NCBI GenBank assembly: GCA_017880805.1
Contig: JADGRP010000260.1
Location: forward strand, 588 to 64,587
DNA: 64,000 nt
Reading direction: 5' to 3'
Source of the DNA: Burkholderiales bacterium
GTDB lineage: Bacteria; Pseudomonadota; Gammaproteobacteria; Burkholderiales; Casimicrobiaceae
The notes below the pieces were generated by a model. The model worked only from the letters and a program-made list of their open reading frames with translations. It made no database searches and had not been told where the DNA came from. This document shows, piece after piece, positions 9,688 to 18,154 of this stretch; within the stretch, counting starts at the first letter, position 1; each line of letters opens with the position of its first letter. A program made the position numbers and the translations under genes.

Positions 9688-9701
9688 TTGATATGTGTCA
9701 A
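9688..9701. promoter_or_regulatory. Fnr-family-like box TTGAT-ATGT-GTCAA upstream of pfkA
   Basis: 9/10 match, 98 bp upstream of the pfkA ATG (9590). A minus-strand CAGCAT hexamer lies 22 bp downstream (complement of 9660-9665), which is canonical class II spacing. Confidence 0.5.
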
Positions 9702-9889
9702 TGGTGTGAGGTATATCGCAACCCGCAGCCGCGCCCTCCGCGCGGTCCCGATCGTCGGGGCTCCGAGCGTGGCGCCCGGCGCTGCGCGCACCGCCCCGCG
9801 GCGGCGATGTCAGCTCAGCTGATGGAGCCGCTGTCCGAGCATCTCCGGGATGATCAGCCTGACGCCGCTCTCGTCACAAGGCGCGCGAC

Positions 9890-10285
9890 TCACCTCGGCA
9901 AGACGGCGGTTGCTTCCAGTTCGATCTTGCCCGGGCTATCGAGCAGATCAGCGACGAAAATCATGCTCATCGCCGGATAGTGGTTGCCCATGTGCTTGCG
10001 CCAGATCGCTCCCAGCTCGCGGCGCGCGCCAACGTACGCGGGCTTGTCGCAGCAGTAAGCAGTCATGCGGCAAATGTGGCGAGCTTCGCCGCCTGCGGCG
10101 GCCAGAACCGCGAGAACGTTCTTGAGGGCCTGCTCGAATTGCGCAGCGAGTGCGTCCGACTGAAAACACTGTTGCGCGTCCCAGCCCACCTGGCCTGCCA
10201 CGAAAACGATTCGCCCCGAGTCGACCGCGATGCCGTTGGTGTAGCCGATCGGCGGAGCCCAGCCGTCGGGCAGAAGAAGCTCCAT
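9890..10285 (-). CDS. ridA: RidA/YjgF/L-PSP family protein
   Basis: ORF 9890..10300 has a TTG start overlapping the upstream stop. The ATG at 10285 gives MELLLPDGWAPPIGYTNGIAV..IVFVAGQVGWD...IELEATAVL, typical RidA family architecture. The start is uncertain. Confidence 0.75.
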   Translation of the reverse strand: MELLLPDGWAPPIGYTNGIAVDSGRIVFVAGQVGWDAQQCFQSDALAAQFEQALKNVLAVLAAAGGEARHICRMTAYCCDKPAYVGARRELGAIWRKHMGNHYPAMSMIFVADLLDSPGKIELEATAVLPR

Positions 10286-10296
10286 TGCAAGCCTGC

Positions 10297-11001
10297 TCAA
10301 TCCGTGTAGCTCGCGGGGTCGGGGTCGTTCGCCCAGTTTCGATCAGGCTTCGGCAGCTTTTTAATCCAGGCGCGGACGAGTTTGACATGTTCCCGCTCTT
10401 CCGCCTGCAGTTCACGCGCGGCCGCGCTCACCGATTCCACGGTGGCTGCCCGCGCGAGCTGGGCGAAGAAGCGCTCGGCTCGCTGTTCGTTGACCAGCGC
10501 GAGCTGCAGTGCGTGATAGGGATGCATGAGGTAATGCACTTCGTCGCCTGGCGTCGTCTCCGGCGCTTCGAATCCCTCCCAGCCTGGCTTGCCAGACGGC
10601 AAGGCCGGCATATCCTTCCAGCCCATCTCGACCATGATCCGCGTCGCGTGCTTGCGCTCGATGCCGGCCATCTTGCGAAACAGCGTCGCGACCTCGCGGT
10701 TGTTGTGCATTTCCATAGCGTCGGCGAGGTCGGAGTAACGCTGCGCAGCTTCGCTTTCCATCGCCAGCGCCTGTGCCATGAACTCGTTCAGCGTACGCGG
10801 CGCATTGGCCATGGGATGACCCGCGCTCTTGCCTGCAAGCTTTCCTGCGATTGCGACCGGCTTGCGGGCTGCGGGCTTCTTCGCCTTTTCGGCCGCCCTT
10901 CTTGCAACAGCGGCGGCCTTGCCTATGCTGCGCGGCCCTGTCTTTGCAAGGCGCTTGTGCACGCCTGCCGCCTTGGTGGACTTGGTCGATGCGCGGCTCA
11001 T
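10297..11001 (-). CDS. Rubrerythrin/ferritin-like di-iron protein with Lys/Ala-rich N-terminal tail
   Basis: 234 aa. Four-helix ligand pattern E(AMESEAAQRY), ExxH (IERKH), E (VNEQRAERFF), ExxH (EEREH). The first 63 aa are K/A/R/P-rich (KSTKAAGVHKRLAKTG...AEKAKKPAARKP). The ATG at 11001 overlaps the korB stop (ATGA). Alternative start at M64 (10812). Confidence 0.7.
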   Translation of the reverse strand: MSRASTKSTKAAGVHKRLAKTGPRSIGKAAAVARRAAEKAKKPAARKPVAIAGKLAGKSAGHPMANAPRTLNEFMAQALAMESEAAQRYSDLADAMEMHNNREVATLFRKMAGIERKHATRIMVEMGWKDMPALPSGKPGWEGFEAPETTPGDEVHYLMHPYHALQLALVNEQRAERFFAQLARAATVESVSAAARELQAEEREHVKLVRAWIKKLPKPDRNWANDPDPASYTD

Positions 11002-11834
11002 AGCTCGAACTCCGCTTCCAGGTCGGAAGACGTGCGCTTCGTCTTGACCGCGAGTGTCGGATACGGCGCGCGATCGCCGGCGTATAACACGCCGATGTTG
11101 AAGCCGTCATCTGTCATGATCCGGCGCGCGGCACGGGCCGGATCGTCGGTCGCCGCCACCGGCGCCGGATGGACGTGTTGCTTCCACTCGCGTTGTTCCG
11201 GGCGGAAGGTGACGCAGGGACTCAAGACCTCGATGAACGAGAATCCCGGATGGCGAATCGCTTGCGCAATCACCTCCGCGGTGCCGTTCGGATCGCCGGA
11301 GAAAGCGCGAGCGACAAAGTTGGCGCCGGATGCGAGCGCAATGACCAGTGGATGGAACGACCGTACCCCCGTGCCGCCAGGCGAGAGCTTCGAATCCCAA
11401 TCGGGCTCCGTCGTGGGTGAGGGCTGGCCCTTGGTCATGCCATACACATGGTTGTCCATCACGATGTACGTGAGGTCGACATTGCGCCGGCATGCGTGCA
11501 TAAAGTGGTTGCCGCCGATCGAGTATCCGTCGCCGTCGCCGCCGGTGACCAGCACGGTCAGCTCCGGCCGCGCGACCTTGAGTCCGGTAGCCGCTGCGAG
11601 CGCGCGGCCATGCACCCCGTGGAATCCGTAACACGTCGTGTAGGCGGGGATCCGCGACGAGCAGCCGATGCCGGACACGACCACGACTTCCTCAGGCGGT
11701 ACGGCCATCATCGCCAGCGCCTTGGTGACGGAACTCAAGACCGAATAGTCGCCGCACCCGGGACACCAGATCGGCTTGTACGAAGACTTGTAGCTTTGCG
11801 CGGTCAAAGGCGCGGCGGTAGCGATGTCATTCAT
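10998..11834 (-). CDS. korB: 2-oxoglutarate:ferredoxin oxidoreductase, beta (TPP-binding) subunit
   Basis: ORF 10998..12527 trimmed to the ATG at 11834 (ATGA overlap with the korA stop); 278 aa. MNDIATAAPLTAQSYKSSYKPIWCPGCGDYSVL (CPGCG motif), GGDGDGYSIGGNHF TPP-binding loop. Confidence 0.88.
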   Translation of the reverse strand: MNDIATAAPLTAQSYKSSYKPIWCPGCGDYSVLSSVTKALAMMAVPPEEVVVVSGIGCSSRIPAYTTCYGFHGVHGRALAAATGLKVARPELTVLVTGGDGDGYSIGGNHFMHACRRNVDLTYIVMDNHVYGMTKGQPSPTTEPDWDSKLSPGGTGVRSFHPLVIALASGANFVARAFSGDPNGTAEVIAQAIRHPGFSFIEVLSPCVTFRPEQREWKQHVHPAPVAATDDPARAARRIMTDDGFNIGVLYAGDRAPYPTLAVKTKRTSSDLEAEFEL

Positions 11835-13606
11835 GAATTTCTCCACGCCAGAATCGTATCCGTGAGCTCGCCCGGACGAAGCGGCAGTGGACCCGGGCGA
11901 TGGAAGCTGGCCGGCTTGCCCGGCAGGTCGTAAACCGAACGCAAGTACCGATAAAACTGCGCGCTGTGGTTTTGCTCGACAACGAGCACGCTGGTGACGC
12001 CGTCGAGCGCTTCGGTAAACCGCTCGGGCTGCGCGGGCGCCAGCAGTCGCACCGCGATCAGTCGCACCTTCACGCCTTGCCCGGCGGCGCGCAACACGGC
12101 TTCGCGCACGGCGGCTGTCGCCGAACCGAATGTAATCACTGCGCCCGCACCGTCGCCTTCGACGTCGGCCCACCAACGCCCGTAATCGTATTGCAAGAGC
12201 TTGCGTTCGCGCTTGTCGAGTTGTGTGCGGTGATCGCGCGATTGGCTGCTCGGAATGCCGGCCTCTGTGTGCTCGAGGCCGTCGGCCGTATACACGACGC
12301 CTGGCGTCCCCGGAATGGCCATCGGAGATACTCCCGATTCCGTGTTCCGGTACCGCTTGTAGTCCGGCGTGTTCGCCGCCGCAGTCAGGCGCTTGCCCAC
12401 AAAGCTCAGATCCGCCGGCCGGTCGATGATCGCGCGCGACTGTCCCATGAACTGGTCGGACAGCACGATCGCCGGCGCCTGCATCGCTTCGGCGAGCTGC
12501 ACGGCCCACTGCGTGGTATCGAGGCAATCGGCAATCGACGTCGGCGCGAGCACGAGCCGCGGCGCGTCGCCGGACAGTCCGCTTACGGCAAAAGAAAGAT
12601 CGCTCTGCTCACTCTTCGCAGGGAGCCCGGTCGATGGGCCGCCGCGCATCACGTCGACGACGACAATCGGAACTTCGGCGCTCACCGCGAGGCCGATGCC
12701 CTCGGTCATCAAGGCGAGTCCCGGGCCGGCAGTGGCGGTTAGCGAAGGCACGCCGCCGTAGGATGCGCCGATGATCATGTTGACCGACGCGAGCTCATCC
12801 TCGGCTTGGAGCAGCGTGCCCCCAACTTTGGTCAATGCCGGTGCCATCCATTCGAGCAGCTCGGTCGCAGGCGTGATTGGATACGCGGCAACGAAACGGA
12901 TGCCGCCGCGGATCGCGCCGTAACCCGCAGCCTCGTTGCCGCTGATCAGCCACCGTCTGCCCGCCAGCGCATTGGCACCCTTCAACTTCGGCACGCCTTC
13001 GATGGCGGAAGCGGCCACGAACCCTGCCTGCAATGCGGCGAGATTTGCCTGCAGTGCGGCGTCGGCCCTTTTCCAGGAATCTCGCAAAGCGGATTCGAGC
13101 GCTGCCGCTGGAATTCCGGCCAGTGCGCCGGCCAAACCGAGCGCAACCATGTTGGTCCAGCTGCCCGGAATCGCCTTCGCCATCTTCTTCAGCGACAGCG
13201 GTACGTAGCGCGCCCCGGTGTTCTTGAATACCTCCGGCGTTTCGCCTTCGTCCGGGTCGCCGATCATCACGCTCGACGCGTCGAGTGGAATCTCGTCGGC
13301 AAAGCGGCTGACGTTTTGCCAGTCGATCGCCAGAAGCAGGTCGAACCCGTCGTCCAGCGAATGTGTCGGTTGCCGAGCGAGCCGCAGCAGCGCTGCGGCT
13401 TCGCCACCGCGGATCTGCGGACCGTTGGTGCGGACCATGAGGCCGTACAGACCGGCTTTGGCGGCCGCATTCAACAGCAGCGTTCCCGCCGTCATTACGC
13501 CGCTGCCGCCGCTGCCCGCGAGAGCGATGGAGAGACTTAATTTCAAGTCGCGCGCTTTCGCGGTCGGGTCCATGCGTGTTCCTGTCGCACTGATCGTTGC
13601 TTGCAC
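11831..13606 (-). CDS. korA: 2-oxoglutarate:ferredoxin oxidoreductase, alpha subunit (fused gamma-alpha domains)
   Basis: 591 aa. GTG start preceded by GAAGGAG. Gamma-like N domain (IALAGSGGSGVMTAGTLL..RTNGPQIRGGEA) followed by the pyruvate-flavodoxin-oxidoreductase-type alpha core (AAYPITPATELLE, RGGPSTGLPAKSEQSDL). Sits divergent from the bcr operon as in Thauera-type clusters. Confidence 0.88.
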   Translation of the reverse strand: MQATISATGTRMDPTAKARDLKLSLSIALAGSGGSGVMTAGTLLLNAAAKAGLYGLMVRTNGPQIRGGEAAALLRLARQPTHSLDDGFDLLLAIDWQNVSRFADEIPLDASSVMIGDPDEGETPEVFKNTGARYVPLSLKKMAKAIPGSWTNMVALGLAGALAGIPAAALESALRDSWKRADAALQANLAALQAGFVAASAIEGVPKLKGANALAGRRWLISGNEAAGYGAIRGGIRFVAAYPITPATELLEWMAPALTKVGGTLLQAEDELASVNMIIGASYGGVPSLTATAGPGLALMTEGIGLAVSAEVPIVVVDVMRGGPSTGLPAKSEQSDLSFAVSGLSGDAPRLVLAPTSIADCLDTTQWAVQLAEAMQAPAIVLSDQFMGQSRAIIDRPADLSFVGKRLTAAANTPDYKRYRNTESGVSPMAIPGTPGVVYTADGLEHTEAGIPSSQSRDHRTQLDKRERKLLQYDYGRWWADVEGDGAGAVITFGSATAAVREAVLRAAGQGVKVRLIAVRLLAPAQPERFTEALDGVTSVLVVEQNHSAQFYRYLRSVYDLPGKPASFHRPGPLPLRPGELTDTILAWRNS

Positions 13607-13666
13607 GTCGCTCCTTCAACCCGGGTCGGGCTCGACCAAGTAAACCGGCTCTGAGGCAGGTCTGGT

Positions 13667-13680
13667 TTGATGCAGATCAA
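13667..13680. promoter_or_regulatory. Perfect Fnr/AadR/AcpR-type box TTGAT-GCAG-ATCAA in the korA/had divergent region
   Basis: Exact 10/10 palindrome read directly. Located 161 bp upstream of the had ATG and 61 bp upstream of the korA GTG. Confidence 0.7.
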
Positions 13681-13705
13681 GGCGTTTGCAATCCTCTTGC
13701 TGCAT

Positions 13706-13743
13706 CATAATTCACAGTAATCGGTATTACGGTACTATAATAC
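13706..13743 (+). promoter_or_regulatory. AT-rich promoter/operator segment upstream of had: CATAAT and TATAAT hexamers plus overlapping palindromes
   Basis: CATAAT at 13706-13711, 25 bp after the Fnr box. Perfect inverted repeat GTAAT-CGGT-ATTAC at 13717-13730. Second inverted repeat GTATTA-N8-TAATAC at 13724-13743, overlapping TATAAT at 13736-13741. The segment is strikingly AT-rich in a GC-rich genome. Confidence 0.5.
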
Positions 13744-13840
13744 GACAATAGTCTTCCGGACCTGCCCGGTCAAGTCTTTCGGAAGCGCTACGCAGGGGCG
13801 CGAAGCGAAACATAGAACCTGATATGGAGGAAGTGCATCG

Positions 13841-14914
13841 ATGAGCCTCGAAGCCTATCGCTGGCTGATGACCGCGGTGAATACGCCGATGCAACGCGTG
13901 GCGTTTCGCGCGGAGCCGGGCCCCGGCGAAGTCGTCGTCGACATCGCTGGGTGCGGCGTCTGTCACACCGACCTCGGTTATCTCTACGACGGCGTTCGGA
14001 CCAACCACCCCCTGCCGCTGGCGCTAGGACACGAAATCAGCGGCCGTGTGGTCGACTCAGGTGCGGGTGCCGAGGGCTGGAGAGGCAAGGCCGCAATCGT
14101 GCCCGCCGTCCTCCCGTGTGGCGAGTGCGATCTTTGCCAGCGCGGGCTCGGCACGATCTGCCGCCGGCAGAAGATGCCGGGCAACGACATCCAGGGCGGC
14201 TTCGCCTCGCACATCGTGGTCCCCGGCCGCGGGTTGTGCGAGGTGGACGAAGCGCGTCTCGCCAGCGCAGGACTGGCGCTCGCCGATGTTTCGATCGTCG
14301 CCGATGCACTGACTACCCCATACCAGGCCGTGCGGCGTGCCGGCGTCAAGCTCGGAAGCGTCGCCGTCGTCGTTGGCGCGGGCGGCGTAGGCGGTTACTG
14401 CGTCCAGATCGCCAACGCGTTCGGCGCCAAGGTCGTTGCCATCGATGTCGACGACGACAAGCTCGTCGCCCTATCGCGCCACGGCGCGGCGCTAACGATC
14501 AACAGCCGCGCGCAAGACGCCAAGGCGATCAAGGCTGCCGTCGCCGACTTCGCGAAAAAGAACGGGCTGCGTGCGACCGAGTGGTGCATCTTCGAATGCT
14601 CCGGCACGGCAGCCGGCCAATTGACGGCTTACAGCCTGCTCGTTCACGGCGCAACGCTGTCGGTCGTCGGCTTCACGATGGACAAGGTCGAGGTGCGCCT
14701 GTCCAACCTGATGGCATTCGATGCGCGCGCAATCGGCAACTGGGGCTGCCCCCCCGAGTCCTACCCTGAGGCGCTCGACCTCGTGCTCGACGGCAGGGTC
14801 CAGATCAAGCCGTTCGTCGAAGCGCACCCGCTCGACGATATCAACCGCGTATTCGCCGCCGTCCACCACCGCGAGATCAAGAAGCGCGCGGTACTGGTCC
14901 CGGCTCACGCATAG
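13841..14914 (+). CDS. had: 6-hydroxycyclohex-1-ene-1-carbonyl-CoA dehydrogenase (Zn-dependent MDR family)
   Basis: 357 aa, SD GGAGGAAG. Zn-ADH motifs GCGVCHTDL and [10 protein letters not shown], Rossmann motif VVGAGGVGG. Placed directly upstream of oah/dch/bcrCBAD, which is the Thauera aromatica order. Confidence 0.8.
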   Translation: MSLEAYRWLMTAVNTPMQRVAFRAEPGPGEVVVDIAGCGVCHTDLGYLYDGVRTNHPLPLALGHEISGRVVDSGAGAEGWRGKAAIVPAVLPCGECDLCQRGLGTICRRQKMPGNDIQGGFASHIVVPGRGLCEVDEARLASAGLALADVSIVADALTTPYQAVRRAGVKLGSVAVVVGAGGVGGYCVQIANAFGAKVVAIDVDDDKLVALSRHGAALTINSRAQDAKAIKAAVADFAKKNGLRATEWCIFECSGTAAGQLTAYSLLVHGATLSVVGFTMDKVEVRLSNLMAFDARAIGNWGCPPESYPEALDLVLDGRVQIKPFVEAHPLDDINRVFAAVHHREIKKRAVLVPAHA

Positions 14915-14924
14915 GAGTGACCCG

Positions 14925-16046
14925 ATGAATGCCCCCGACGCCCGACCCGCCCTGCGCGAATTCAAGAACCACGACCTGGTCGACGATATTGCGAAGCCAG
15001 GAATCCGATACGAATCGCGGCCGGCGAAAACACGTGACGGCACCACCGTGCCCGGCCTTTACAACGCATGGATCACGCTGGACAACCCCACGCAGTTCAA
15101 CTCGTACACGACCGACATGGTAAAGGGCGTGATTCTCGCCTTTCGCGCGGCGTCGAATGCCCGTGACGTGAACTGCGTCGTATTCACCGGCGCCGGTGAC
15201 AAGGCTTTCTGTACCGGCGGCAATACCAAGGAATATGCCGAGTACTACGCCGGACACCCGCAGGAATATCGCCAGTACATGCGGCTGTTCAACGATATGG
15301 TCTCGACGATCCTCACCTGCGACAAACCGGTGATCTGCCGCGTCAACGGCATGCGCATCGGCGGCGGTCAAGAAATCGGCATGGCCTGCGACTTTTCGGT
15401 CGCGCAGGACCTCGCGCGCTTCGGTCAGGCCGGCCCGAAGCACGGTTCGGCGCCGATCGGCGGCGCAACGGACTTTCTGCCGCCGATCATCGGGAACGAA
15501 CGCGCAATGGTCGCCGGCGTGTTGTGCGAACCGTTCTCGGCGCACAAAGCCTATTACTGGGGCATGCTTGCCGACATCGTTCCGGCGCTTAAGGTCGACG
15601 GCAAGTTTGTCGCCAATCCGCTGGTGGAGACCCAGCGCGTTGTCGACGACTACGGTCGTTTCGTCTTCGGCGAGCCGAGAATCGGCGACGCGGCGAAGGA
15701 AGCCAAAGCTTTGCTTGCGCGCGGCACCGTCGACCTCTCGCTGCTCGATGGAAAGGTTGAAGAGCTTTGCTCCAAGCTCTTGCTCACCTTCCCCGACTGT
15801 ACGACCAAGACGCTCGAGGAGTTGCGCAAACCAAAGCTCGACGCATGGAACCGCAACAAGGAAAACTCCCGCGCGTGGCTCGCACTCAACATGATGACCG
15901 AGGGGCGCGCCGGATTCCGCGCCTTCAACGAGGGTACGAAGGAGTCGCGCGAAGTCGATTTCATTGCGATGCGCCAGGCACTCGCGCGTGGTCAGGGCTG
16001 GGACGAGGCGTTCACCGACAGCCTGATGCCGGGGCGGCGCGGGTGA
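14925..16046 (+). CDS. oah: 6-oxocyclohex-1-ene-1-carbonyl-CoA hydrolase (ring-cleaving crotonase; Oah/BamA)
   Basis: ORF 14721..16046 trimmed to the ATG at 14925, preceded by AGGAG; 373 aa. Crotonase fold with a long N-terminal extension (VVFTGAGDKAFCTGGNTKEY..GGGQEIGMACDF). Synteny between had and dch. Confidence 0.8.
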   Translation: MNAPDARPALREFKNHDLVDDIAKPGIRYESRPAKTRDGTTVPGLYNAWITLDNPTQFNSYTTDMVKGVILAFRAASNARDVNCVVFTGAGDKAFCTGGNTKEYAEYYAGHPQEYRQYMRLFNDMVSTILTCDKPVICRVNGMRIGGGQEIGMACDFSVAQDLARFGQAGPKHGSAPIGGATDFLPPIIGNERAMVAGVLCEPFSAHKAYYWGMLADIVPALKVDGKFVANPLVETQRVVDDYGRFVFGEPRIGDAAKEAKALLARGTVDLSLLDGKVEELCSKLLLTFPDCTTKTLEELRKPKLDAWNRNKENSRAWLALNMMTEGRAGFRAFNEGTKESREVDFIAMRQALARGQGWDEAFTDSLMPGRRG

Positions 16047-16141
16047 GCGCCGCAGGGCCGCCCCAAGGCGCGAATTGCGCCCCCTCCGGGGGCAGCGCAG
16101 CGGCGGCAGCCGCAAGCGTGGTGGGCACACCAACGACCGAT

Positions 16142-16930
16142 ATGCGCGCCGAGGCAATTGCCGTAACCGGGTTAATCAAGGTCTGGCTCGAACGCGATGG
16201 CGCGCTGTTGCGTGTGCGTCTGGCGCGGCCGAAGGCCAATCTCGTCGACGCCGCGATGATCGCGGCGCTCCATGGCGCGTTCGTCAAATATCGCGACCAT
16301 GCGGGTCTGCGCGCCGTGCTGCTCGACGCCGAAGGTCCGCACTTCAGCTTCGGCGCGAGCGTCGAAGAACACCTCCCGGACCGCTGCGCGACGATGCTCG
16401 CGTCGCTGCACGCACTGATTCTCGCCATGCTGGAGTTCCCCGCACCGATCCTCGTCGCCGTGCGCGGTCAGTGCCTCGGCGGCGGGCTCGAGGTCGCGCT
16501 CGCCGGGGGGCCGATCTTTGCGGCGCCTGACGCACAACTGGGTCAGCCCGAGATGAAGCTCGGCGTCTTCGCGCCGGCGGCTTCGTGCCTGCTGCCGTAT
16601 CGCGTGAATCAGCCGGACGCGGAAGACCTGCTGTTCTCCGGCCGCTCGATCAGCGGCGCGGAGGCGAAAACAATCGGTCTCGTTCAGACCGTCGCCGTGG
16701 ATCCCGAGGCGGCTGCCCTCGCCTACTTCGAGCAGCATCTTGCGAACAAGAGCGCTGCTGCGCTCGCGTGCGCCCTCGAGGCCGTGCGCGGTGCATACAT
16801 TGCCGATGTGCGCAGTCGACTCGCTGTGGTCGAACGACTTTATCTCGATCGGCTCATGCAAACGCGCGATGCAAACGAAGGGCTCGTCGCGTTCCTCGCC
16901 AAACGCCAACCGCAATGGGAGCACCGCTGA
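16142..16930 (+). CDS. dch: Cyclohexa-1,5-diene-1-carbonyl-CoA hydratase (crotonase family)
   Basis: ORF 15767..16930 trimmed to the ATG at 16142; 262 aa. LARPKANLVD..FSFGASVEEH..GQCLGGGLEVALAG. Its stop overlaps the bcrC ATG by 1 nt. An alternative GTG at 16043 would add an Ala-rich low-complexity N-terminus. Confidence 0.75.
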   Translation: MRAEAIAVTGLIKVWLERDGALLRVRLARPKANLVDAAMIAALHGAFVKYRDHAGLRAVLLDAEGPHFSFGASVEEHLPDRCATMLASLHALILAMLEFPAPILVAVRGQCLGGGLEVALAGGPIFAAPDAQLGQPEMKLGVFAPAASCLLPYRVNQPDAEDLLFSGRSISGAEAKTIGLVQTVAVDPEAAALAYFEQHLANKSAAALACALEAVRGAYIADVRSRLAVVERLYLDRLMQTRDANEGLVAFLAKRQPQWEHR

Positions 16931-18108
16931 TGACCACGATCCCACCCGTCATCCAGATCGTCGAGCGCTGTCAAGCGCTCTTCGAGGATCTCGAACTCAA
17001 CGCCGTCAAGCAATGGAAATCGGCGGAGCCCGGTCGCAAGGCGATCGGCTACATGCCGATCTACGTCCCGCGCGAACTCGTCCATGCGGCAGGCATGCTG
17101 TCTGTGGGCATCCTCGGCGGCGGCGACCAGATTGAAGTGATCCAGGGTGACGCGTACTACCAGAGCTACATCTGCCGCATACCGCGTTCGACGATCGAGC
17201 TCGCGCTCACCGGCCGGCTCGACTGCCTCGACGGCATGCTATTCCCGTCGATTTGCGACGTGATACGCAACCTGTCGGGCATGTGGCAAATCCTGTTCAA
17301 GGATAAATACGTGCGCTATTTCGACGTTCCGCAGAACTACGTGGACGCGATCGGCGGCACCTACTACGTCCATGAGCTCGAGACCCTGCGCGACGATCTC
17401 GGCAAGCTGCGGGGCGCGCCAATTACCGACGCAGAGCTCAACGCATCGATCCGGGTCTACAACGAGAACCGCCGAGCGGTGCAGGACCTCTACGCTTACC
17501 GCGCCAAGAAGCCTTGGCAGGCGCCCACCTCCGAGGTGTACCTGGTGCTGCGCGCGGGCATGGTGCTGCCGCCGGAGGAGCACACGCAACTCGTCCGCGA
17601 CTACATCGCGGCAGCCGATGCGCTGCCGCGACCGAAGCGAGACAACGCCCGCGTCGTGTTGAACGGCTCGTTCTGCGAGCAGCCGCCGCTCGGGCTGATC
17701 AAGTCGATCGAGATGGCCGGCTGCTACATCGTCGACGACGACTTCATGCTGGTGACGCGCTGGTTGCTCGACGACGTACCCGCGAGCGGCAATCCACTCG
17801 AGGAGCTCTCGAAGGCGTTCCTCCACCGGTCGGCAACAACCGCGGCGAAATACGACACGAATCGCGAGGACAAGGGCGTCTTCCTCCTCAAGCAGATCAA
17901 GACCAGCGGCGCCGAGGGCGTGATTTTCGCGGCTCCATCGTTCTGCGACCCGGCGCTTCTCGAGCGTCCGATGCTGCAGGACGTGCTCTCGAAGCACAAG
18001 GTGCCGCACACTGCCTTCAAGTACGCGGAGAACACCGGCCAGATGGCTCCGATCCGGGAACAGGCGGGCACGTTCGCCGATTCGATCAAGCTGTGGAGTG
18101 CGGCGTGA
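16930..18108 (+). CDS. bcrC: Benzoyl-CoA reductase (class I, ATP-dependent) subunit C
   Basis: ORF 16585..18108 trimmed to the ATG at 16930; 392 aa. HgdB/BcrC-family sequence (AIGYMPIYVPRELVHAAGML...FPSICDVIRN...FAAPSFCDP). Gene order bcrCBAD. Confidence 0.85.
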   Translation: MTTIPPVIQIVERCQALFEDLELNAVKQWKSAEPGRKAIGYMPIYVPRELVHAAGMLSVGILGGGDQIEVIQGDAYYQSYICRIPRSTIELALTGRLDCLDGMLFPSICDVIRNLSGMWQILFKDKYVRYFDVPQNYVDAIGGTYYVHELETLRDDLGKLRGAPITDAELNASIRVYNENRRAVQDLYAYRAKKPWQAPTSEVYLVLRAGMVLPPEEHTQLVRDYIAAADALPRPKRDNARVVLNGSFCEQPPLGLIKSIEMAGCYIVDDDFMLVTRWLLDDVPASGNPLEELSKAFLHRSATTAAKYDTNREDKGVFLLKQIKTSGAEGVIFAAPSFCDPALLERPMLQDVLSKHKVPHTAFKYAENTGQMAPIREQAGTFADSIKLWSAA

Positions 18109-18154
18109 GCCCGCCGCCCAGGACACTGCTCTTAAACACCAAGGAAGCCACCTC

